Assembly (NCBI GenBank): GCA_012295275.1
Contig: CM022678.1
Coordinates: 14,508,001 to 14,572,000, forward strand
DNA from: Chrysomallon squamiferum
Taxonomy: Eukaryota > Animalia > Mollusca
Length of the DNA: 64,000 nt
Direction of reading: 5' to 3'
A program made the position numbers and the translations under genes. Positions 40,339 through 51,800 of the stretch are shown here, piece by piece. Below the pieces are notes generated by a model. It saw nothing but the letters and a program-made list of their open reading frames with translations, was not told where the DNA came from and did no database searches. Within the stretch, counting starts at the first letter, position 1. Each line of letters begins with the position of its first letter.

Positions 40339-41053
40339 AATCTTCAAAAAATTATGTGATTATTTAATATCTATCAGAATCTAATTGCATTAAATAAGTC
40401 TAAATAAGTCTAAATTTTATCTGAACACTGTTTAATAATACAAGTTATTAAACAACTCCGTTTATTTATAAATAAAGTAACTGTTATTACGATCAATTTT
40501 CTTAAATATACTGAAGGCAAAAACTAGTTCTAATCAGATGATAATGTGCTAACCGCCGACTCGGAGCTATGCTAGCAGACACAGTATATTTCATGTTTCA
40601 GGCTTTCAGAACTGGATTCGATCATTATCTTCTTTTCCTAAACTGGTCAAAATATGAGATAAATTCTGACCATGAATGCTTCTGGTTGTCTTACCCTAAG
40701 AAGAGGACTATCTCTTATTCTCAGCTATTTTGTAAGATTCCAGTCTGTTATTTACTAAATTCTGTTTATTGCAAGACGACGTTGTGGACGTATTCTTTAA
40801 CCTGTCGTTTTTGTGATTTGGTAATGACTGAATAATCGGATAAACCACAGAACAGGCAACTATTACCTTTGAATATATTTCTTGATTCTGACTACATAAA
40901 ATCGCTTACGCCATTAAATTCCCTCTGTCGGATTTGTTTAGAATAAAAGCAATACTGTTTGCCTCATTTCATTTATGACGATTAGGAATTAATTCACTGA
41001 AAACCATTTTGGTCACATCACCGATCCTAGCAACATTAAGAATAAATATTATA

Positions 41054-41157
<104 letters not shown>

Positions 41158-44075
41158 AAACAGAACAGAGAAGAAAAAACAATTAATTATTTAAAAGAAA
41201 TTGTTCAAACCGAAAACTAAAATATTAAACATAATTATTACTTCTCTGTATCTCACCTCCCCAGACACAACACCCACCCAGTTCCTGGAAGTTGTGGACA
41301 CTCAGTTATTACTACCAATCGTAAACAGGCGATATCAGACCAGATAATTTATTATCATAAATGCTGATAAGTACTGATATATGTAAAACAATGTGTGTAT
41401 GTGTGTGTGTGTGTCTATGTATATATATGTATGTATGTATGTGTATATATCTATGTGTATCTATATGTGTATCTACATATACACACATTATTTTATCATA
41501 TATCAGTAAATAGTTATTCCATTCAACAAAGCCAAAAATACAAAATAATAAAACAGTTTTTAAAAATATATAAATCCTTCTGGCCTTGACAAAGGCTTGT
41601 TGGGCACAAAGCGACGTCCAGAACGAAGCTAGTTCAGTCGGGAGACTCATCATGAGTCCAAAAATAGCTTCACATTGATTAATGTACACAGCTCGCTCAG
41701 GAAAGAGCAGCTGGATGTGTAGGCAAGCCAAACGATAGACCAGCCTGACCTAACTATCACTTCACACACTCCCAGATCATATATGCGCTCGCTGTTTGAC
41801 TTTCCTACAAATCGAGTGTTTGTAGCCGTCTGACAGCTTTCGCTTATGACTTGAAAACATTTCGAATCTTCTGTCGTCTGCTATCTGAAGTTGTTGTGAA
41901 TATAAAAGATCTTTAGCTAACCGCTTTGGTTCCGGTCGGCAGAACATTAAAAATAATCCTCTTCTGCTCAGAAAATATGATATTTATACATCAGTGGTGC
42001 AAAGAAAGAATGTGAGACTGAAAAGTAGAAAGATCTTTAACTTATTTTTGAAATATCACGGATGGAAAGCAAGTATATTGTAAACAATAAAATGTTAATA
42101 AATCAATCATCTCTGTAGAAATCGATTCATATCACTGAACAGGTAAAACTTATAATCAGAGTAAAATATACATTTTAAAAATATATAAATACATGTATGT
42201 TGTGGTTCAGTTTTTAATAAAAGTGAAGGAACTCTAAAGATTAAAAAAGTGATTATGTAATATTGCAGAACTAATCCCTTTTATTTCATAAAATTCTTAC
42301 TAATTTATTAATAAGCAGTATGATAATGTCATTTGCTTTTTTAATTCGGACTTTGAAACACTGGCATAATCTGAAAATATTCAAATTACTTATGCATGTG
42401 TGAAATCATTAGTTTAATTTAATGTCCTTAGTGCTTTCATCTTCTTTTTCTCCATAAGCAGAACGTGTATTACTTTATTCTGCTTACTGGGTTCATTTTA
42501 TACTCTGTTGTTATGTTAAACGTGATATATATTCTTTGGTTGACACAGAATGTACTGTCATTTACGACCCGCTCTGAAAGGGTTAAAGAGGACTCCAGAA
42601 GACTTATCTGAACCTTAATCGAGCTGGCTGGCTGTTCTCCAAGTAAGCGATTTGTGTCGACTCTGGCTACGCTGTGGGCAAAGCGCCTGACACACCGTTT
42701 CCTGCCAAACCTCTCTCTACGATCGAGGTACAAAGAACTGATACGGGCGATAATGTAATGTTTGTAAACTGTGAGCGAGTTTAAGGCAGAAGAAATGTGT
42801 GTCACTTTATACATTGTAGCTCAGTGCATTCCGTTCAAAAATATTAGAAAATTAACACATACAACTGTATCATTATACTCAGCATAATATGTTGAATTAT
42901 AAATGTCACTTCTAAATAAGTTTAACGAACAAGACCACACGCTGATCGTCTTGCACGTAATTCATTGTATTTCCTTATTAGTCACAGTAACTTAACAGTG
43001 GTTCTGGCGAAAGTATCACAAACCAAAACAAACATATTTTTGGTTTCAGTCTGTGATAACTTTGAAATTTTATATTTGTATTTCAAGTGAAGCTTCAGGT
43101 TATTCTTCTAAATTATACAGTGTATACAGTGTTTTGTGACTCATTTATCTGTTGCACGGGATTTTTCTAATGTAAATAAATAAGTATTAAAAGTGTTGGC
43201 AAGTATCAGTTTAAATTTATTAACATCTATATTAACCAAGCCCACTAAACATTTCTCATTCCAGAAACAGCTCCACAACTGGCTGAACTGATATGTTCTC
43301 CCCTGGTATTTATGTACGTAAAAAAGGTCTATTCTTGTGACTGGAAAAATTAACCTATGAAGTTGCGTTAGTATATTTCCTCTATCATCATCCTTTTTCC
43401 TATGGAAATCTCTATAATGTATATCTATGTCTATTTAATCTATATTTTAAAGATTTGGTTGTGGGCTGCTAGCCCTATTGTTCATTCTAACTCGATTGTT
43501 TTTTAAAATAATATCTTCGTTGCACAAATGATATCATCTTATAATCAGTTTCAAATATATAATATTGTTACATTTGCTATTCATCCAAATCTCATTTTAT
43601 TTCGTTACATTCTTGAGTGGAAATTACATTGATATTTATATTAGTCTTAAGTTTAAATGATTGTTAAAACGTTTTGGGTTTGTTTTTTTTCTTCTTTTTT
43701 TCTCAGGGTTTTTTCTTCGTAAAACACTTTAAATATAGTTTTTTCATTATCAAATATAAGAACATAATATGCTGCTTAACTGAATAACTTCTGAGATTAA
43801 AGTTAACGATTACTGAGTGCAAAATTACATACTTACAAAAGAAAATGATCCAGAGACCAAGAACCAGGTCATCCGTCGTTCTGGAATATGTTTTGTCTGA
43901 TACCACTGGAGCTTGTCTTCCACAAAAATCATAATATATTCGCTGTGGCCAATATATATATATATGCACGATCCTTACTATTCCGATTATTTCTCTCGCG
44001 GCTGTTATCATAAGAGTTGATTTCAATACAATATAATATGTTTTTAGCAATAAATAACTATATACATTACTTGTA

Positions 44076-44081
<6 letters not shown>

Positions 44082-44154
<73 letters not shown>
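44082..44154. repeat. (AG)n microsatellite
   Basis: Direct reading. Confidence 0.95.
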
Positions 44155-44159
<5 letters not shown>

Positions 44160-45221
44160 TAATAATAATATCAGCAACCAATGTCATTTCGCGGAACATG
44201 TAGTTATTATTTGTTTCTTATTTTATCCAAGAGCTGACTCTTCTGGCAAAACCCGATAGCAGACGACAAAAATGTTTTACCTTAACTATCAAAATATAGC
44301 GTATAGTTGCAATTTTGCTGCAAGAAAAAAATTGTTTTGTGGCCTCTCTATTCAAGAAGATGAACTGAATAGTACAATATATCTTATGTCATCTTCTTTC
44401 TCTCTTTCTCCATAACTGCTAGTGAGTGGCCACTGATGCTTTATGAACTTCATCAAAAGAACAGTATATATATGGTAAGTCATTTGTCTATGTGAATGCC
44501 CATCTAAAGAACACCATGACAGTGATTCACAGAACCGTGAAACGTGTTGCCTCACGCCTGAAATGCAAAACCTAATAACATTAAAATTATCGAGGTGTCA
44601 TGGAAGAAAAAACAAAAGTAAAAAAAAGAGAGAAATTCCTCTTTAGTTTTATGATCAAACTAGATAACATATTTAATTAAAAAAAAAAAAAAAAAAAAAA
44701 AATAATAATAAAAAAAAGACCCTCATTTTCTTTTATTAATAAATTATATTTTCCCAATAAAACTGAAGCATTTGAAGAAATAAAAAAGAAATAATTATAA
44801 TAATAGTAATAATAATAATAATAACAATAATAAAGAAATGTTGTCATCTGATACACAGATTACGTCTGGCAATGGAAACAGCGCCCTCTTTCTGCAGCAC
44901 GACACGTATTCATTTATCTACGTCACAGCGATGTCCTAATTTATGGTCAGGAAATAACTGAACTGTAACAAAGGAAAGTGACAAAATAAAATTGATTTGG
45001 TGAATTTGCAAAACCACAATGTTCTAATTATTATCTTATTTAGTAAATCAAATGGGCACCACCACGTCTATGGCCTTGTTTAATGACCAAACCTTAATAC
45101 TTCAAATAAACAAATGAAATAATACATAAATACAAATATTTTAAAATAATTTTTAGACAAATAAATAAAACTGAAGGAAGAAGATTTTTCACTTAGTTAT
45201 TTAATTATTTCTTACGTTTTT

Positions 45222-45252
<31 letters not shown>

Positions 45253-45374
45253 TATCTGGGCCAAAATGAAACGAGTGCTTTGTTTCGATCATAGGTTCTC
45301 GTAGAGGACAAATGCATTATCAGCTGATGACTACAGAGAACCATTTTTTATTTTTTTCATTTTAAATATTTCAT

Positions 45375-45413
<39 letters not shown>

Positions 45414-45615
45414 GAAAAACTAAAATGAGAAATTTTTATTTAAAAAAAAATAATAATAAAAACACAACAACCAGCATTTGTGTTGGAAGAATCAATAATA
45501 TGTTTTTGACGTCTAGATGTTGTAATGGTGTATGTTTATTTGTTCAAAGAATATTACGCGTAGAGTTTAAAACGTCACTCTGAAGTACTCCCCCAGTTTT
45601 TGTATGGTTCTCGTG

Positions 45616-46050
45616 AAATGTGAATTTTATAGTTGAACTGCAGCAGAATTTGCAAACTGAAATACCGAGTTGACGTTACGTGCCCAGCTGCACAACAAAA
45701 GACTTCGCTCAGACGCTGCTGTATTTCGATCTTTCCTGTTCGCCGTAGCTGGCAAGTCATCTGGAATGCTGTACACGTCACAAGCTTGAAAAGCCCTTCT
45801 CGGCCTGTACTGTATCGTCCTCGAGGTACTTCTAATTACTCCAGTACGGGCTGCACCATTTAGCTCCACAGTAACCCTCAGAGAAAAGAATAAGACAACC
45901 CACTTCTATCGGCACTTTTCGTAACGTGTCCGAAAATAGCATAGCCTGACGCAGCGACGAGCCACTCGTGATCGTCAGGGTTAGGGAAGACAACACATGG
46001 TCTTGGAAAACCTAGAGCAGACCAACTGTGCTGTTCATATACAGAGAGAG
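45616..46050 (-). ncRNA. TERC: Candidate telomerase RNA (TR): template/pseudoknot core plus H/ACA domain, ~430-445 nt
   Basis: Template CCCUAACCCU at 45986-45977; 14-bp helix ending 3 nt 5' of it; pseudoknot topology with a UUCUUUUCUC loop; closing helix CUGUAU/AUACAG; H-box candidates ACAGGA and ACAGCA; long hairpin ending directly before ACA-UUU. G-U pairs favour the minus strand. A canonical P6.1 was not found. Confidence 0.55.
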
Positions 46051-46059
46051 CAAATCGAA

Positions 46060-46230
46060 CGGTAAGCTAAATTTAACGGCAAGTCGTATAAAACAGACTT
46101 TGTTGTTAGTAACTGTGATTATGTTTAAAACTCTGGTGTGATCTTATTACTTAACATTTGTGTTAGGATTTTATGGTCTTTGACAACAGACTACGCTATG
46201 GATCTGAAGTGGTAAGGAAACATGGCGGAC
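46060..46230. promoter_or_regulatory. Probable bidirectional promoter between the structured ncRNA (-) and the zinc-finger gene (+)
   Basis: TATAAAA at 46087-46093; plus-strand donors gtaagc (46062) and gtaagg (46212); YY1-type AACATGGCGG at 46219-46228; CpG-rich. Confidence 0.5.
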
Positions 46231-46506
46231 CTACTCGTCCTGCAAAGTCATAGTGACTCGTCTGTGTAGAGTTTTTGTTGTTTCAATGTATAATTTCTAT
46301 TTACATGCATTTTAAAAAAGATTTTTTTTTACTGAACTTGCCAGTTATATTAACCTAATTTAAAATATAATAGTTCAGTTTCTAAAATATTTTATGAATC
46401 TGAATCACAACAAATTATTTATATTAAACAAAAGCATAAACTGTTTTCCTGAATCCTGTTTCCTGTCATTTTGATTGATGCAATATATCCTTTTTATTTA
46501 GCTTAC

Positions 46507-46508
<2 letters not shown>

Positions 46509-46552
<44 letters not shown>
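46509..46552. repeat. (CA)n microsatellite
   Basis: Direct reading; another (CA)n tract lies at ~47468-47506. Confidence 0.95.
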
Positions 46553-46555
<3 letters not shown>

Positions 46556-47462
46556 ATATTTTATTTGGCATTTGATATTTCTAATAAACAATAAGAAAAG
46601 AGTTAGATTAACTAATGTCATAAAGATTAAAAGTAATTTTAAAATTTTATTAGCTGCTGTAGCAGAGAAAAAAACAGTCTTATCATCACAAGTAAATAAA
46701 TATATAAATAATAATAATAATACTGTTGAAAGCAATTCTAAATTCAAACCTAACGTAAAAGTCTACATTTTGGTCATCAGATCACAATCGTATAGATTAT
46801 CTGACTAACCAGAAAACCTATAATCTATTTTTAAAATCTCTACAAAAAGATGCCATCATTTACAAAACTTAATAAATTAAAAAAAGTAAATAAATAATTT
46901 TAAAATCTCAGTAATTATGCTATCTGTGAACATTACTGAAACTATATTAATGTATTTTAATGTTTTAATTTTTTAAACTAAAGTTTCAAAAAAAGAAAAT
47001 GGATTTTCAAATCAAGGTCACAATTTTATATTTTAAAATACTTGTCAATCAGAGAATTTTTTTGTTAGTTTTGATATTAATTATGTATTTATTGTTTTCA
47101 GGCATATATAATTTTTGTTATCAAGTTTATATAAATAGCTGGTATTTCTGTCATAAAATTATAAATATCTATTTTTAAAATAAATATTAAATTTCTGTAT
47201 CATGATATTTTACAATACCACTGTTATTTTGTGGTTGTTATTTTTATATTTTTATCCTGTATTGTCATATTGTTTGCCAGCTTTTTTGTATTGATTATTT
47301 TGTATATGTTTCTGAAAAATGAATAAAACAGAATTGATGTCAAGGATAAGTATTATTTGGGGGTAAATTTTCCTAAGTTGTTACAACAGTAACAGTTCTG
47401 AAGCAAGAGTATTCTGGGTTAGTTATGTAGTATGCAGAAAGCATAATGATAATTGCAAAATA

Positions 47463-47508
<46 letters not shown>

Positions 47509-48855
47509 ATACATCACATTGCATTGTTACGATTAACTAATACTTATTAATATTTACTTGAATATATGTTATTGCAAGTGTCTATCAATTTCTTTAAGAT
47601 ACAAGATATTTTTTTGTTGTTTGAGTGAATATTATAGTTTGGTCATGTGGTTATCTTAGGTATTTTGCCATTTTGAATATTTGACATTAATACAAATGAA
47701 TTCTTGGATTTTCTATATTTCTATATTCTATACTTTCCACTGTTTTCATCATACAAGATTTTTCTTTATTTCTTTTTTCTTTCTTTTTTATCTCTGAAGA
47801 AAGCAAATTTTATTTATATTAAAAGATACTGAAAGGCAAAGTTAGAAATATTTTGTTAAGAAATTTAAACTTGAAACTTAACTACAGATGTAAGTGATGC
47901 AACTTCTAGAGAAAAGAGACAGCTAACAGGAGTGGTGATTTGACAGATGCTTACAAAGTTTTTATGATAATTACCATCATTCTTATACATTCTTTCATTG
48001 AGCTGGTGTTGATGCCACATAAAAAATCTGAATCTATATATTTGACTCAGCCAAATATTTTGGCCAGTGATAAGAGAGAAGTATGTCTGTGAAAGTAACA
48101 CATTTATAACTGACAATAAAAATTCCTGAAAACTAATGTGAGTGAAAGACTATAATTATTGTGTTTGCAGTAGTGATGACAACGTTTTGTTAGACTTCTG
48201 TATATCATGCAGTAAGGGGAGAGGGGCTTTGCAAAAATGATGACATTCTTTTAAAAATTCTTTTCAGTCAGTGTAATAATTTTTCTAAACTCACTTAACT
48301 TCAAACACTGGTTTTCTTCTTTAGACATAAAAGTAATCAAGATTAACATTTGTTTTTTGTTTGTCTATGCTGTATGGTGTCTGATGAGAACTACTTAAGA
48401 TATTTATATATAAACTAAACAAACACATGTTTTAATAATAGAATGCTGTGAAGAAAATACATAACCAGTAATGGATTAATAGAGTATGTGAGGTTATCTA
48501 CTGAACTGATACCAAATATCCACATTATGTGAACTAAGAGGTGAACTAATAATTATCAGTTGTGCAAGAAAATATAGTTACATTTTCCACAAAAAGATAC
48601 AAAGAAACTGTATTCATGATGAGTATATCAGTAAATAATTTTACTTGCCGAAAACATTATTAGTTATTATTATTAGTGATGTGATGGTGATTGTGGTTAT
48701 ACAGTGATATTCTTCTTGTTATTCCTTATGTAAGACAAACTATTGTCTTAACCAGCATCCATTATTTTACATAATCAAAAAACCAAAATAAAAACCAATA
48801 ATAATTATTTTAATACACTGATTTTCTTTTACAGAGTGATGTTTTAAATAAAGAA

Positions 48856-51800
48856 ATGGATTTTAACCAGTCATCTAGTTCTGCGATGGATGACAGGTCT
48901 TCCACACCAGTTTTAGACGAGCGTTCAGCCACACCACTGCTTGATGAGCCATATCTGTATGAAAGTAATCCACTGGTACCATCTCTTGATGAACAGATGC
49001 TGGAAGATGCAGAAATTATTTGTGGTCAGAATGAGACTGACAGACAAACAATGAAGAATCTGCATCAGTTCAGGATGATGATGATGATGATGCTTTGGAC
49101 ATTTCTCAGAGAACTGAACAGATACAGGACCATAATCTTACTGATGACAGTAAGCAAAATGTTAACCAAAACAACCAAGAAACAACCGCAAAATGTCCTC
49201 AGATGATACAAGATTCTTCAGAAAGAAACAGATTAGAAGATTGTGTGGATTCCTCAGAGACATCACAGAGTTCTCAAAACCAGTCAAAAAGCATGTTGAA
49301 CAGTGAAACCAAAGCAGACAATATATCTGTCACAAGTAAAACCTCTTCTAGTACTAACCAAATAGCTGAAGGTTCATCCAGTTTATTTTCTAATGACAAA
49401 TTCAGTACACCAGCATCACTTGAGAAAAAACTGAAGTGTTCTGAGTGTTGTTTCACAACCACAGATGACAAAATGTTTAAGAATCACATTTGCCTTAAAA
49501 CTAGCAGATGTCATGATGCTCACAAAGAGAAGCAGATTTCTATAACATTCTCAGAAAATCATTATCACTGTAATGAATGTGATTTCAAAGCTAAAGGTCA
49601 TGCATTTGAAGAACATCTCATGTGTCATCTCATTGTCAAACCCTATCAGTGTATTTACTGTCCAGAGGCTTTTGTAAACCGTCGTGAAATGGGTCAGCAT
49701 GTTAGTGTTAAACACACTGGAGAAAAGATGAGTTGTGCTTTAAAAGCTCTAAGCAGAGCCAGGAAACTGATGTGTGAAGCAAAAAAAACCAATTCATATG
49801 TGTTTTTTGCCACAGTTGCTGGTAAAGTGCCTCTCCAGATTGATCCCGAGAAATCTGAAGTGTCAAAACCAAAACAAGGCCATTCAGAAACAACCCACTG
49901 TTCTGCAGTTAAACCTGAGAAAACTGAACAAAAAGGAAAGTTAACAGAGAGAAATGTCATTATAACAAGCAGTTCACATAACAGAAAGGAGAAAACTGGA
50001 AATGAAGTATCAGACAACACAGATAACTTGACCCTTACACATCACATAAACAAAGACAAACCAGACCAGGCAGATGTTGACAAAGACATCAATGGAAAGG
50101 AAGTAACAAAGACTTCAGTAAAGAAAGTCACAAACGAAAAAAATGTTGAAATACATTCAGCAGTTAATGAAAGTAGCACCAAAGACCTGGTAAATGAAGA
50201 ACAGAACTCTAGTCTCCAAACTAGTTCACAGTCTAGTTCACTCTCTGGCTCATTTAATGGTGTTAAAGATGTAGATATGTCTGACAACACAGCAAGTAAT
50301 ACGACCTTTATCAACAATAAAGAAAGTATTTGTGATTCAGAAAACCATGCAGCAATTGATGAAAGTGACCCAGTAAATGAAGAACAGAAATGTAGTGCAC
50401 AGTCCAGTTCAGGTGTAAAGGATACAGATTTGTCTGATAACTTAGCCGCTGACACAATCATTGCCAATAATAAAGAATATATTTTTGATTCTGACAAAGC
50501 AGCTTTAGAAACAGAGTATGTGTTAGTACCTAGAAATTCAGAAACCTCGGATGAACATGAAGATGATTCAGTAAGCATCAAAACTGACACATCAGTCAGT
50601 GAAATGCTGCAGAGAGAAGATTTACAAACAAGTCAGTCAGAATATAATGAAGAAAATGAAATTGATTCCATGAAAGAGGTGCAAACTACACAGGATGACA
50701 AAACAGAGGCAATAAATGACCAAGCAACTGTTACTGGTGGTGGTGAAATAGATAAAGATGATAAACTAGATAAGATTATTGATGATGCTGAGCAAAGCTT
50801 GTCTCAATCACAGGAATTTGTACAAAGTATATCTGAACAGGAAATGGAACAAACAAGGTCAGAAACACAACCCACTAAGGAAGATGGACAAAGTTTATCT
50901 GAGGAGCCAAATTTGTCTGAACAACTCAGCCAGGAAATTGAAGAAAATTTGTCTGAACATACCAGTCAGGAAATTGAAGAAAATTTGTCTGAACATACCA
51001 GTCAGGAAATTGAAGAAAATTTGTCTGAACATACCAGTCAGGAAATTGAAGAAAATTTGTCAGAATATACCAGTCAGGAAATTGAAGGAAGTTTGTCTGA
51101 AAAACCCTGTCAGGAAATTGAACAAACTTTGACTGAACATACCAGTCAGGAAGGTGGACAAAGTTTAGCAGAACATCCCACTCAGGAAGATGAAGAAGGT
51201 TTGTCTGAGCAAGAAAGTCGGGAAGAAGCTAATGAAATGGAAGTGACAGAATCAGAAAACATCAGAACTGAAGAAATGATGGAGTCAGTCAGTGAGAGTA
51301 ACACATCTGAAATGACTGTTGTAGAAGACTCAAAACCTGATTCTCCTGCAGGAGATGAAGAACAAGAACTAAAAATTGTTGATTCTTTTTCTTTAGATGC
51401 AGATGATAATTCATTTCAAACAGAATTGATTAGCAATAGAGTCACTGAAGAAGAAAAGCTTATTGATGACAGATCCAGTAAAGAGAGTTCAAAATATTCT
51501 GCTGTTGCAGGAAGTGGCAGTAGCAGTAATAGTGATGATGATGCCAATGTGGAGTCTTCAACTGTCAGGGAGAAGAAAACTCTTATGTCAGGTCTAATTC
51601 TTAAAAAACCTACAATTCTAGAGAGAGTGTTAACTTCCCCACAAGGGTCACCTCAACTGACACCACCAAACACATCAGTGAAAACCCAGATCACTGCTAT
51701 CAGAAACCCAAACTTCTATATCTGTGGACTTGGATGTTCCTTTAGTTGCTTAAACTCTGTGGAATTTAGGGACCACTTAATGCTAGATCATGCAGGTGAA

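Noticed and set aside
45575-45869. Three overlapping 68-80 aa ORFs in the GC-rich island
   Set aside because: Non-ATG starts, no recognisable motifs; expected in GC-rich non-coding DNA.
45872-45986. TAACCCT...AGGGTTA inverted pair as piggyBac-type MITE ends, or AGGGTTAGGG as an interstitial telomere
   Set aside because: No TTAA target sites flank the pair and under two telomeric units are present. The ncRNA model explains more of the surrounding structure, though a promoter motif is not excluded.
45997-46061. Plus-strand ATG exon MVLENLEQTNCAVHIQREQIER as first coding exon of the zinc-finger gene
   Set aside because: Splicing to the best acceptor (48834) hits TAA after three more codons; only the weaker AG at 48836 is in frame. 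It also overlaps the candidate ncRNA antisense. Unresolved without reads.
49030-49206. Programmed -1 ribosomal frameshift or selenocysteine readthrough in the zinc-finger gene
   Set aside because: No slippery heptamer seen; the TGA is not in the initiating frame; no SECIS identified.
50931-51146. 36-bp periodic repeat as a CRISPR array
   Set aside because: No unique spacers, in-frame within a eukaryotic exon, no cas genes.
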